NCBI GenBank assembly: GCA_905233825.1
Contig: CAJOFE010000007.1
Location: 54,314 to 118,313 of the forward strand
Direction of reading: 5' to 3'
From: an uncultured Prevotella sp.
Lineage (GTDB): Bacteria > Bacteroidota > Bacteroidia > Bacteroidales > Bacteroidaceae
Length of the DNA stretch: 64,000 nt
The position numbers were made by a program, and so were the translations under genes. This document shows positions 52,474 through 61,899 of the stretch, in pieces; within the stretch, counting starts at the first letter, position 1, and each line of letters opens with the position of its first letter. Under the pieces are notes generated by a model, which worked only from the letters and a program-made list of their open reading frames with translations, was not told where the DNA came from and did no database searches.

Positions 52474-53493
52474 TCATGCTGCACGCCTTCTACGGAAGAG
52501 GATGGCAGCAATGACAGGGGCTCCAACAAGGGCTGTGACACTGTTCACGGGCAAGGCGCCTTCGAAACCTGGCATACGGGCGATGAGGTTGCAGAGCAGA
52601 GCGAGCACGGAACCACAAAGGGCAGTGGCTGGCATCAGCACACGATGGTCGCTGGTGCGGAAAAGGGCACGAGTCAGGTGAGGCACGGCCAGACCAATGA
52701 ACATGATGGGACCGCAATAGGCTGTGACGATAGCCACAAGCAAAGAGCTGCTGACAATAACCAACGAGCGTGCCCTACGGATGTTTAGGCCCAAGTTAGC
52801 AGCATAGCGGTCGCCTAAAAGCAGCAGGTTCATGGGTTTTACTAAGAGGCAGGCCAAAGGCAACAGAATGCACATGAGCACTACGAAAAGTACCATATCG
52901 CCACCACTGACCCGCGAAAAGGAACCCAGTCCCCAGACAACGAAAGCCTTCACATCTTCCTCGGGCGAGAGGAACTTCATCACGCCGATGATGGCAGTTG
53001 CCAGATAACCTATCATCACGCCAATGATGAGCAACGTGCCACGACCCTCCACACGGTTGGAAATCCAGATGATAAGCATCATCACCAACAGGGCGCCAAC
53101 AATGGCGGCCACGCTGATAGCGGCATCGCCCAGATAGCCCAGTCGGCTCAGCGCCACACCTCCTATCTGTCCGCTGAGCAGCACCACAAAGGCTACGCCC
53201 AGAGCAGCACCGTTGCTAATACCTAATACCGAGGGACCTGCCAACGGATTGCGAAAGACGGTCTGCATCTGCAAGCCACTGACCGCCAAGCCTGCTCCTG
53301 CCACCAGCGCCGTCAGCGTCTGTGGCAGACGGCTCTGCAACACAATGTTCGTCCATACCTCGGAGACCTCTGTACTGCCCGTCAGAATGCTAACCACGCT
53401 GTCCACAGGTATCTTCACCGTGCCGATGAGCAGGTTTACAACTACCAACACCACGATGGAAACGAGGAGAACGATGAACTTTGAAACTCTCAT
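52474..53493 (-). CDS. FecCD/BtuC-family ABC importer permease (iron-siderophore / cobalamin type)
   Basis: 339 aa, polytopic. It has typical Gly/Ala-rich TM segments and shares an ATGA overlap with the upstream SBP gene. Confidence 0.85.
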   Translation of the reverse strand: MRVSKFIVLLVSIVVLVVVNLLIGTVKIPVDSVVSILTGSTEVSEVWTNIVLQSRLPQTLTALVAGAGLAVSGLQMQTVFRNPLAGPSVLGISNGAALGVAFVVLLSGQIGGVALSRLGYLGDAAISVAAIVGALLVMMLIIWISNRVEGRGTLLIIGVMIGYLATAIIGVMKFLSPEEDVKAFVVWGLGSFSRVSGGDMVLFVVLMCILLPLACLLVKPMNLLLLGDRYAANLGLNIRRARSLVIVSSSLLVAIVTAYCGPIMFIGLAVPHLTRALFRTSDHRVLMPATALCGSVLALLCNLIARMPGFEGALPVNSVTALVGAPVIAAILFRRRRAA

Positions 53494-54617
53494 TTCAGCA
53501 ATCGGTAGTAACGGGGCTGGTAGTCAGGCTCTACAAGTTCGGGGTGGAAGATGGCGACGAAGTCTTTCAGCAGGACATCGGGCTCTACGGGAGTAATCTC
53601 GTAATAGGGCTGCTGCTTCATGTTGCAATAGATGACCTTGTGCTCTTTGAAGGATCGCAACAGCTCGTTACGGGGTTCGCTGGCACGCAGGTCCTCGTAG
53701 GTGAAGTCGCCATCGAAGCTATTCAGAATGCGCCAATAGTCAGCATTGGCGGAGAGGGCGTACATCTTCTCGAACTCGATGTCCTCGCCAGCCTCCTCCT
53801 CGTCGTGCACCACATAGTCGGCACCAGCATCGCGGAAGATCTGTGCCAGATAGTTCTTACCACCCACAGCATGCCACATGCCGTAGTGCATCTCGCCACT
53901 GGTGACAGAAGGAATATTAGAGGTGAGAGATGAGGGGTGAGAGATGAGGGAATCGACACGAGCTTTCAGGTCGTTGTAGCGCTGCTCTATACCTGCAAAG
54001 ACATCGTTGGCCTGTGGTTCCTTACCAATGAACATGCCAATGAACTTCACCCATTCGGCCTGTCCCAAGGGTGATAGTTCCTTATAACCCAGATGGGGAA
54101 CGAGGGTGATGCCGCTCTCCTTGATGGCATCATAGCCGCCACGCTTGAAAGGTGAGATGAAAATGACGTCGGGCTGGGCAGCCATCACCAGCTCAGGGTC
54201 GAAGTTGCCCTCCATACCTATCTTTACGATACGTCCATCATCGACACGTTGCAGAATGTCCTCATTGAAGAGGTTTTTCGTGCCCGTAATACCCGTCACG
54301 AAGTTGTGAGCATCGAGCGCGGTGAAGTTCGACAATTGCAGAGCCGTCATGCAGATGCATCGACGAATGGGCACCACCACCTTCACATAGTCCTGCGGCA
54401 CGCTAACCGTGTCACTGCCTACCAAGGCGAACTGCTCGCCCGTATAGACCGTGACCAGCCGTATCTGTGCCGAGTCCCTGACAGTAAAGCCAGTGGCGTA
54501 CTTCGTCTCAATCTTCACGTCAGTGACATCACCACCACCTTCTGCCTGCTGTGTCTTCGGCTGGCGTGCACATGCTGCGACCAACAGCACCAAGGCCAAT
54601 AAGAAATAATTCTTCAT
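53490..54617 (-). CDS. Periplasmic-binding-protein (BtuF/FhuD-like, cluster A) substrate-binding lipoprotein
   Basis: 375 aa with lipobox LVAAC. It is translationally coupled to the FecCD permease. Confidence 0.78.
   Translation of the reverse strand: MKNYFLLALVLLVAACARQPKTQQAEGGGDVTDVKIETKYATGFTVRDSAQIRLVTVYTGEQFALVGSDTVSVPQDYVKVVVPIRRCICMTALQLSNFTALDAHNFVTGITGTKNLFNEDILQRVDDGRIVKIGMEGNFDPELVMAAQPDVIFISPFKRGGYDAIKESGITLVPHLGYKELSPLGQAEWVKFIGMFIGKEPQANDVFAGIEQRYNDLKARVDSLISHPSSLTSNIPSVTSGEMHYGMWHAVGGKNYLAQIFRDAGADYVVHDEEEAGEDIEFEKMYALSANADYWRILNSFDGDFTYEDLRASEPRNELLRSFKEHKVIYCNMKQQPYYEITPVEPDVLLKDFVAIFHPELVEPDYQPRYYRLLK
53922..53949. repeat. Perfect tandem duplication of a 14-bp unit (ggtgagagatgagg x2) inside the SBP CDS
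   Basis: Read directly. On the minus strand it encodes ...LISHPSSLT..., with the two copies read in different frames. Confidence 0.9.
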
Positions 54618-54654
54618 CCTTAAATCTTACTTTTCTTTTTCATTATTCAGCCTG

Positions 54655-54662
54655 CAAAGGTA
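54655..54662 (-). promoter_or_regulatory. -7 box TACCTTTG for the SBP-permease operon
   Basis: The plus-strand sequence is caaaggta. Confidence 0.6.
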
Positions 54663-54702
54663 CAAATTAACAGGCAAAACACCAAATATATTTGTAGTAT
54701 TT

Positions 54703-55590
54703 TCAATACTCCACATAGGGCAGGAGACGCTGGATAGCCTCTTCGGGGAAGTCCGGTAGTAAATGCAGGTCATGGAGGTCGCTGATGGGACCATACTGGC
54801 GCCGATAGTCTATGATTGCACGGGCCTGATAGTAGTTCATGTATGGATGGCGCTTCAGTTCGTTGAGTGAAAGGGTGTTGATGTTTATCTTACGCGTAGT
54901 TGTAGGACTCAACGTAATATATTGCTTTGCTTCTTGCGGAAAATCGTCGATTTCATCGAGTTGTGCTACACTGACGTAGCCCCCTAATCGCTGACCATAG
55001 TCAATGATGCGACGGGCAAAATAGGAGCCGATGCCTGGGACGCGACGTAGTGTAGTCGTGTCGGCAGTAGCGAGATCAATGGTCTCGCCCTCAGCCAGTT
55101 TCACTGGATAACGAGGTATAAAAGTTGTGGTATCATGGGGCTGAACGGCAGGAATTTCGTGCGAGCGACGGGGGAAGAGGGTGGATGCTGGCAGGTAGTC
55201 AGAAGAGATGGCGATGTAAGGTTCCAGTTCACGATACTGCTTCACGGTGAGCCCATAGAGACGGGCAAAGTCGGCCTTCTCGCGGAAAATGCCTCCTGCA
55301 GCACGGTACTTATAGATATTCTGCACAATAAAAGATGACAACCCTAAGCTACGTAATTGAGCAGAGTCGGCAGTGTTTGGGTCGAAGGGGGAAAGCACTT
55401 TCTGACTATCTGAAAAAGGATGTAAAGTCCCATGATGAAGAGAATCAGCCACATTTGTCGATGAAATAGGCGTTTTTTGCGTCTTTCCTCCCACCAAGAA
55501 GATGACCACAAAGGCTACTGCCGCCACACTAAGCAGGGCGAGAAGAACACGACGGTCGCTCTTATGCAGGTAGAAAAACTCCTTGAACAT
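54703..55590 (-). CDS. ComEA-like membrane-anchored protein with three helix-hairpin-helix DNA-binding repeats
   Basis: 295 aa with an N-terminal TM segment. There are three ~65-aa repeats (DPNTADSAQLRSLGL..., DLATADTTTLRRVPGIG..., NINTLSLNELKRHPYM...). Confidence 0.72.
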   Translation of the reverse strand: MFKEFFYLHKSDRRVLLALLSVAAVAFVVIFLVGGKTQKTPISSTNVADSLHHGTLHPFSDSQKVLSPFDPNTADSAQLRSLGLSSFIVQNIYKYRAAGGIFREKADFARLYGLTVKQYRELEPYIAISSDYLPASTLFPRRSHEIPAVQPHDTTTFIPRYPVKLAEGETIDLATADTTTLRRVPGIGSYFARRIIDYGQRLGGYVSVAQLDEIDDFPQEAKQYITLSPTTTRKININTLSLNELKRHPYMNYYQARAIIDYRRQYGPISDLHDLHLLPDFPEEAIQRLLPYVEY

Positions 55591-55649
55591 TGTCTCTCAT
55601 CTATAGTCTGTAGTCTATAATCTGTAGTCTTATAGTTCTCTCCTAAGTC

Positions 55650-57002
55650 TTAAACCAGACCGAACTGATGGAGGAAGATAAGGAGAATGCAAGTAGGACA
55701 GATGAAGCGCACGCAGAATAGATAGATGCTGAAGAATCGGCCACGAAGCGTACCCTGATTAGTGAATTCCTCACGTACAATGCGCTTGGGTACATACCAT
55801 CCTAAGAACAAACAGGTGAGGAAGCCACCCAAAGGCAGGAATATCTGGCCTGTGGTGAAGTCGAACAGGTCGAAGAGCGATAGTCCAAACAACGACAGGT
55901 CAGCATTATAGAACGACAGCGAGCAGAACACGCCAATGATACTACATGTAACGGTGACGATTGTGGCCGCCTTCGTGCGCGACAAGTTGAACTCCTCGTG
56001 GAAGAAAGCCGTGCTAACCTCATGTAGGGAGATAAGCGATGTCAGTGCTGCCACCGATAGCAACAGGTAGAACAGCAGGGCGATGATATGCCCTACGAAC
56101 GGTACGGCCGAGAATGCTTGGTTGAAAACGTTGGGCAATGTGATGAACACCAACGACGGGCCGGCACCCACATCGCCGCCCACACTGAACACGGCGGGGA
56201 AAATCATCAGGCCAGCCAAAATGGCAATTATTGAGTCGATGCTTACGATCTGTACCGCAGACTTCGTCAGATGGATGTTGCGGCTGAAGTAGCTAGCGTA
56301 AGTACACAGGCAACCCATGCCTAAGGACAGCGAGTAAAAGGCCTGCCCTAAAGCGCTGAGCAGCACATTACTGTCCATCTTCGAGAAATCGGGACTAAAC
56401 AGGAAACTGATGCCCTTACTCGCATTCGGTAGCAAACACGAGGCTACAGCAATAGTAACAAGTAGGACGAAAAGCAGAGGCATCATCAGCTTGGAAGCCT
56501 TCTCGATGCCTTTCTCCACGCCACGCACAATGACAAAGTGAGTGATGAGAAAGAATACAACTAACCAAATGATAGGTTGCCAGGGATTAGAGGAAAAATC
56601 GGCAAAATATTGTTGCACGGCTGCCGGGTCGCCATCGAGTCCGCCCGTTACGGAAGAAAAAACATATTGTAAGCACCAACCGCTGACCACACAATAGTAG
56701 CCACTGATAAGGAAGCCTGTGAACACTCCAAAGTAGCCAATGAAGCGCCAAGGTGTGCCATTGGCCAGTTTGGCATAAGCCCGAGCCGTATTGGCTTGAG
56801 CTCGGCGGCCGATGATAAACTCGTTGAGCATACAGGGAACGCCCAATAATAGCACACATATTACATAAACTAAGATGAAGGCTGCGCCACCATTTTCACC
56901 CGTCATCGTAGGGAAACGCCACACGTTGCCCAGACCTACAGCCGACCCTGCCGTGGCCAGCACAATGCCTAAGCGGCTACCAAAATTCGCTCTCTTATCC
57001 AT
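55650..57002 (-). CDS. Sodium-dependent transporter of the neurotransmitter:sodium symporter (SNF) family
   Basis: 450 aa counted from the ATG at 57002. It contains SRLGIVLATAGSAVGLGNVWRFP. Confidence 0.88.
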   Translation of the reverse strand: MDKRANFGSRLGIVLATAGSAVGLGNVWRFPTMTGENGGAAFILVYVICVLLLGVPCMLNEFIIGRRAQANTARAYAKLANGTPWRFIGYFGVFTGFLISGYYCVVSGWCLQYVFSSVTGGLDGDPAAVQQYFADFSSNPWQPIIWLVVFFLITHFVIVRGVEKGIEKASKLMMPLLFVLLVTIAVASCLLPNASKGISFLFSPDFSKMDSNVLLSALGQAFYSLSLGMGCLCTYASYFSRNIHLTKSAVQIVSIDSIIAILAGLMIFPAVFSVGGDVGAGPSLVFITLPNVFNQAFSAVPFVGHIIALLFYLLLSVAALTSLISLHEVSTAFFHEEFNLSRTKAATIVTVTCSIIGVFCSLSFYNADLSLFGLSLFDLFDFTTGQIFLPLGGFLTCLFLGWYVPKRIVREEFTNQGTLRGRFFSIYLFCVRFICPTCILLIFLHQFGLV

Positions 57003-57093
57003 ATTGTTTTGTATTAAAACAACCTTCACAACTTGTGACGACTCCTTCCCTTGTTGTCTTTTGTTGTCTTTGTTGTTGTGTAATAAACCGCTG

Positions 57094-57101
57094 CAAAATT
57101 A
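57094..57101 (-). promoter_or_regulatory. -7 box TAATTTTG for the SNF transporter gene
   Basis: The plus-strand sequence is caaaatta. Confidence 0.55.
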
Positions 57102-57175
57102 CAACTTTTTTTTTATTTAGTGTTAAAAGTACGCAAAAAAATGAGCAAACCTGAGGCTGGACGGATTATTTTTCG

Positions 57176-57183
57176 TAACTTTG
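57176..57183 (+). promoter_or_regulatory. -7 box TAACTTTG for the M23 peptidase gene
   Basis: Read directly from the sequence. Confidence 0.55.
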
Positions 57184-57236
57184 CACCGTATTTCTGCCTA
57201 GGAAGTACCTAATAACAATAAATAACAGAATAACAA

Positions 57237-58211
57237 ATGCTGAAAAGTATCAAGAAAATTGCCCTTGTGGCATTGTCGCTGACGGCAGTGATGCCCGCAG
57301 CAGCACAGGATCTATTGGCTAACCAAGCACCCATCGACCGTAAGATGCGTGCCATTGATTCTATCCAGCTGAACCAGATGTTGGAGAGCGAGGTGGCCCA
57401 GCAGTCGCCTGCAACACAACTCTACGAAGAGTGGAGTAACATGTATGTTCACCATCAGACTGTCCTCCCCGATAGTTTCCTCATAGACCTTCGCGACTTT
57501 GCAATGCCCTCGCCCAGCCGCCTTATTACCTCGAACTTCGGTGCCCGCTGGGGACGACAGCATAAGGGTCTCGACATCAAGTTGCAAACGGGCGATACTA
57601 TCGTGGCTGCGTTCAGCGGTAAGGTTCGCATTGTGCGCTTCGAACCGAAAGGCTATGGTAATTATGTAGTAATCCGTCATCCCAATGGTCTGGAGACCAT
57701 CTACGGACACATGTCGAAGCAGTTAGTTAAAGAGAATCAGGACGTACGTGCTGGCGAGCCCATCGGACTGGGTGGCTCGACAGGTCGTAGCACAGGTTCT
57801 CACCTGCATTTCGAGACACGCCTTTGCGGTACGGCACTGAATCCCGCCCTGATGTTCGACTTCTATAATCAGGACGTGGTGGGTGACTACTATATGTTCC
57901 GTAAGAGTACCTATAATCAGGAGAGTATTGTAGCAACACGCTTGCGCGGTGTGGGTGGTCATGGTGGAGAAGACAATACCGACTATGCACAGCTGGCACA
58001 GCAGCAGTCGCAAAAGCAGGCCAAACAGCCTGCACGTGCTACACGCACTCAGCAGCAGGCACAGACTGGTGGCTACCATAAGGTACAGCGCGGTGAAACA
58101 CTCTATGCCATTGCTCGCAAGCATGGCACTACTGTCGATGCCATCTGCCGTCTGAACCGCATCACACAACGCACCGTACTTCGTCCTGGACAAATTTTGA
58201 AGTACAACTAA
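57237..58211 (+). CDS. M23-family metallopeptidase with a C-terminal LysM domain
   Basis: 324 aa. It has HKGLDI, GNYVVIRHPNGLETIYGHMS and GSHLHFE, then a Gln-rich linker, then LysM (YHKVQRGETLYAIARKHG). Confidence 0.88.
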   Translation: MLKSIKKIALVALSLTAVMPAAAQDLLANQAPIDRKMRAIDSIQLNQMLESEVAQQSPATQLYEEWSNMYVHHQTVLPDSFLIDLRDFAMPSPSRLITSNFGARWGRQHKGLDIKLQTGDTIVAAFSGKVRIVRFEPKGYGNYVVIRHPNGLETIYGHMSKQLVKENQDVRAGEPIGLGGSTGRSTGSHLHFETRLCGTALNPALMFDFYNQDVVGDYYMFRKSTYNQESIVATRLRGVGGHGGEDNTDYAQLAQQQSQKQAKQPARATRTQQQAQTGGYHKVQRGETLYAIARKHGTTVDAICRLNRITQRTVLRPGQILKYN

Positions 58212-58248
58212 ACAAGGAGCTTATACTCATTAAATACTTTTTCGTTTT

Positions 58249-58279
58249 GCAGGCCGTCGAAGTGGTTTCGATGGCCTGC
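58249..58279 (+). terminator. Terminator hairpin after the M23 gene
   Basis: The stem pairs gcaggccgtcgaa with ttcgatggcctgc (13 bp with one G-T pair), followed by gtttgttg. Confidence 0.65.
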
Positions 58280-58404
58280 GTTTGTTGACGCATTATCGGC
58301 CAGATTGTTAATAAAAACATATGAAAACCTTTCTCCATCATCAAAAAATGAGGGGGAAACATTACTTTTTAACAGAAATCTTTGGTGTTTTAATATTTAT
58401 TGAT

Positions 58405-58412
58405 TATTTTTG
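58405..58412 (+). promoter_or_regulatory. -7 box TATTTTTG ahead of a ~125-nt susC-like leader
   Basis: Read directly from the sequence. Confidence 0.5.
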
Positions 58413-58542
58413 CAAGCTGTAACAAATAGAAGCACTCCGTAAAGAGTGAAAACCAAATATATATTATTGTACACGTACATAAAACATATATAGAAAGCAA
58501 AATAAATAAATTAACATTATTCATTAAAACGAGAGAGATTTT

Positions 58543-61500
58543 ATGGAAAAAAGAATCATGACATTGCTGGCAGTGCTTTTCCTATTCATAGGAGGAGCAA
58601 TGGCACAGACTAAAGTCAATGGTACCGTGGTGTCTCAGGACGATGGGCAGCCCGTCATAGGTGCGACCATCCAAGTTGTAGGCACCAATGTCGGTACAGT
58701 GACCAACTCGAACGGTCAGTTCTCGCTGACCTGCCCTGCGGGGAAGAGCACTCTGAGAATCACTTATGTGGGCATGGAACCCTTGGAAGTAAGCGCACGT
58801 CCCAACATGCGCATTTTGCTGACGAGTGACCGTCAAGCCCTGGACGAGGTGATTGTCATCGGTTATGGTACGGCCAAAAAGTCAGCTTTTACTGGCTCGG
58901 CCACGGAGGTAAACTCCAGCGAGATAACAAGCCACGTCACTTCGAGTGCTACTAGCGCACTGGTGGGTAAGGTAGCTGGTGTCATCGCTACAACGGGAGG
59001 CAATGCCGGTCCTGGCTCAGCTCCTACCATCCGCATCCGTGGTATCGGTTCCTATGCCGCCAGCGACACCCCACTCTACATTGTGGACGGTGTACCCATG
59101 GAGCAGGGAGTGAACACCATCAACCCCGAGGACATCGAGTCGATGTCGGTTCTGAAGGATGCTTCAGCAGCTGCTATCTATGGTAACCGCGGTGCCAACG
59201 GTGTGGTCATCATCACTACGAAGAAGGCCAAGGGTGCTGCTCAGGATGCAGAAATCAAGTTCGATGCCAAGTGGGGTTCGAACTCGCGCTTAGTACCACA
59301 GTACGACGTCATCAAGAATCCCGCTGAGTACTATGAGACCGTTTATCGCGCCCTCTACAACAGCCAGTACTATCATGGCGCCAGCGATGAGGAGGCTCAT
59401 GCTTACGCACAGCGCAACCTGCTCACCAGCAGCAATCATGGTGTGGGCGTTCAGGTTTACACCGTACCCGAGGGACAGAACCTTATAGGTCGCAACTTCA
59501 AGTTGAACCCCAATGCTACACTGGGTTACTATGATGGCAACTATCTATTCATGCCCGATGACTGGTATGATGAGCTCTACCACAATTCTTTCCGTCAAGA
59601 GTATAACGTCTCAGCCAGCGGCAACAGTGGCAAGATGGCCTATTATGCCAGCGCTGGCTATCTGAACGACGGCGGTATGGTGGACAACTCCAACTTCGAG
59701 CGCTACACTGGTCGTCTGAACGTAGACTATCAGGCCAAGAAGTGGCTCAAGTTGACCACTAACATGTCGTTCACCCACCGCGATACCGAGAACCCTGCCT
59801 ATAGCAGCGACACCTATGGCTCGAGTGGCAACCTGTTCTATTATGCCAACTCCATGGGTGCCATCTATCCGCTCTACCTGCGTGATAAGGACGGCAACAT
59901 CATCGAGGAGAATGGCCGCAAACTCTACATGACCCATAACAACAGCAGCCAGACGCGTCCAGGCTTCCAGAACAACGCTGCACGCGACAACGATTTCAAC
60001 CGCAAGCAGATGTTTAGCGACATCTTCACCGGACAGTGGGCTGCCGTCTTCACTCCTATTGAAGGACTTAGCCTCACGGCACAGCTCAGTGCTACGAGCA
60101 TCAACAACCGCTACAGCTATCTCTACAGTGCCTTTGCCTCCTACGGTTCGCAAGACGGTATCGCTGAAGTGGAGCACGACCGCACTTTTGCTGTTAACCA
60201 ACAGTATCTGGCCAACTACACCCGTACCTTCGCCGAAAAGCACAACCTCAACGCTCTGTTGGGCTACGAACAGTATAAGCTGAAGTCTCAGATGCTGAAC
60301 GGTTCGAACGACCACCTCTACGACCCCTTCATCGGTGAGCTTGGCAATGCCAACGGTACTGAACAGAAGTCGTTGAACTCTTACACTGACAACTATATGC
60401 TCGAGGGCTATTTCACCCGTCTGGGCTATGATTACGACAACAAGTACTATGTCAATGGAACCTTCCGCCGCGACGCCAGTTCAAAGTTTGCTCCCGGCCA
60501 CCGCTGGGGTACCTTCTGGAGTATCGGCGGTGCCTGGCAGATCAACAAAGAAGCCTTTATGCAGGACGTGACGTGGGTGGACCAGTTGAAGCTGAAGCTC
60601 TCCTATGGTGAGAACGGTAACGACCAGGGTATGAACTACTATGCCTACGCTGACCAGTTCAGCACTTCCTACAACAGCACCAGTAAGGAATACAGCATTA
60701 CCATGTACCGCATGGGTAATAAGGATCTGACTTGGGAGACGAAGAAGTCGTGGAACGCCGGTCTGGAGTTTACCCTCTTCAAAAACCGCCTCTCTGGTAG
60801 CATCGACGTTTATAGCGGTACCACCAGTGACCTGTTGTGGCCCAAGACATTGCCTGCTTCGGCTGGTAAGACCGTCAACTCGTACTATACTAATATCGGT
60901 ACACTGAAGAACAGCGGTATTGAGTTAGCCCTCGACGGAACCATCCTGCGCCAGAAAGACATTCAGTGGAGTGTCAACCTCGCCTTGGCTCACAATCATA
61001 ATGAGTTCACCGAGCTGGATCCCGGTATCGCCGAGACTGGTCAGCGCTATTCGAACAGCATCATTCGCAAGGGTGGTTCCTCCGCTCAGGCCTACATGGT
61101 GCAGTATGTCGGCGTGAATGAGAAAGGTGAAGCCCTCTACCGTGCACAGTTCGTGAAGGATGAAAACGGCAACCGTGTGGGGCAAGAGAAAAACGCTGAT
61201 GGCTCGCTGAACATCTATACTGGCGACACTCGCGTGAATAGCTACGGTAACAAGGAGAGCGACTATCCCTACGGTGTAGAAGAAGGTGTGGTCACCGATA
61301 TCTCGAAGGCTACCCGCTACGACTGTGGCGATATTCTGGCTAAGATCCAGGGTGGTTTCGGTACCAATCTCACAGTTTATGGTGTAGAGCTTTCGGCACA
61401 GTTCAGCTTCCAGCTGGGTGGCAAGTACTACGATGGCGGCTACATGCAGCTGATGCACAATGGTCTGGAAGATGGCCATGCCCTGCATCGTGACCTGCTC

Positions 61501-61860
61501 GACGCATGGAGCGAAACGAACAAGGGTTCTGACATTCCCCGTCTGAGCGCCGCAGCCGTCGATGACCCTGGCGTGAGTTCACAGACCGCGCAAGACCGCT
61601 TCCTCACTAACAGCAACTACCTCTGCCTGAACAACCTCTCTATGGGTTATCAGCTGCCCACCAGCTGGGTAAGTCCGCTCACACTGCGCAGCGTGCGCGT
61701 CTATGTGGCAGGCGAGAACCTCTTCCTGCTCACCGCCCGTAAGGGTATGGATCCCCGCTATTCACTTGGCGTAGGTTCGATGACGAGTGGCAGTGGACTT
61801 CAGTCGGGTGCCTATGCTGCCATGCGCTCCATCACAGCCGGACTCTCGATTACTTTCTAA
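58543..61860 (+). CDS. SusC/RagA-family TonB-dependent outer-membrane transporter
   Basis: 1,105 aa. It has a carboxypeptidase-regulatory-like N-domain (VNGTVVSQDDGQPVIGATIQVVG), a TonB box DEVIVIGYGT, and a C-terminal F residue. Confidence 0.9.
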   Translation: MEKRIMTLLAVLFLFIGGAMAQTKVNGTVVSQDDGQPVIGATIQVVGTNVGTVTNSNGQFSLTCPAGKSTLRITYVGMEPLEVSARPNMRILLTSDRQALDEVIVIGYGTAKKSAFTGSATEVNSSEITSHVTSSATSALVGKVAGVIATTGGNAGPGSAPTIRIRGIGSYAASDTPLYIVDGVPMEQGVNTINPEDIESMSVLKDASAAAIYGNRGANGVVIITTKKAKGAAQDAEIKFDAKWGSNSRLVPQYDVIKNPAEYYETVYRALYNSQYYHGASDEEAHAYAQRNLLTSSNHGVGVQVYTVPEGQNLIGRNFKLNPNATLGYYDGNYLFMPDDWYDELYHNSFRQEYNVSASGNSGKMAYYASAGYLNDGGMVDNSNFERYTGRLNVDYQAKKWLKLTTNMSFTHRDTENPAYSSDTYGSSGNLFYYANSMGAIYPLYLRDKDGNIIEENGRKLYMTHNNSSQTRPGFQNNAARDNDFNRKQMFSDIFTGQWAAVFTPIEGLSLTAQLSATSINNRYSYLYSAFASYGSQDGIAEVEHDRTFAVNQQYLANYTRTFAEKHNLNALLGYEQYKLKSQMLNGSNDHLYDPFIGELGNANGTEQKSLNSYTDNYMLEGYFTRLGYDYDNKYYVNGTFRRDASSKFAPGHRWGTFWSIGGAWQINKEAFMQDVTWVDQLKLKLSYGENGNDQGMNYYAYADQFSTSYNSTSKEYSITMYRMGNKDLTWETKKSWNAGLEFTLFKNRLSGSIDVYSGTTSDLLWPKTLPASAGKTVNSYYTNIGTLKNSGIELALDGTILRQKDIQWSVNLALAHNHNEFTELDPGIAETGQRYSNSIIRKGGSSAQAYMVQYVGVNEKGEALYRAQFVKDENGNRVGQEKNADGSLNIYTGDTRVNSYGNKESDYPYGVEEGVVTDISKATRYDCGDILAKIQGGFGTNLTVYGVELSAQFSFQLGGKYYDGGYMQLMHNGLEDGHALHRDLLDAWSETNKGSDIPRLSAAAVDDPGVSSQTAQDRFLTNSNYLCLNNLSMGYQLPTSWVSPLTLRSVRVYVAGENLFLLTARKGMDPRYSLGVGSMTSGSGLQSGAYAAMRSITAGLSITF

Positions 61861-61899
61861 AAGGTAAAAAGTTAAAAAGTAAAAGGTAAATAAACAGAA

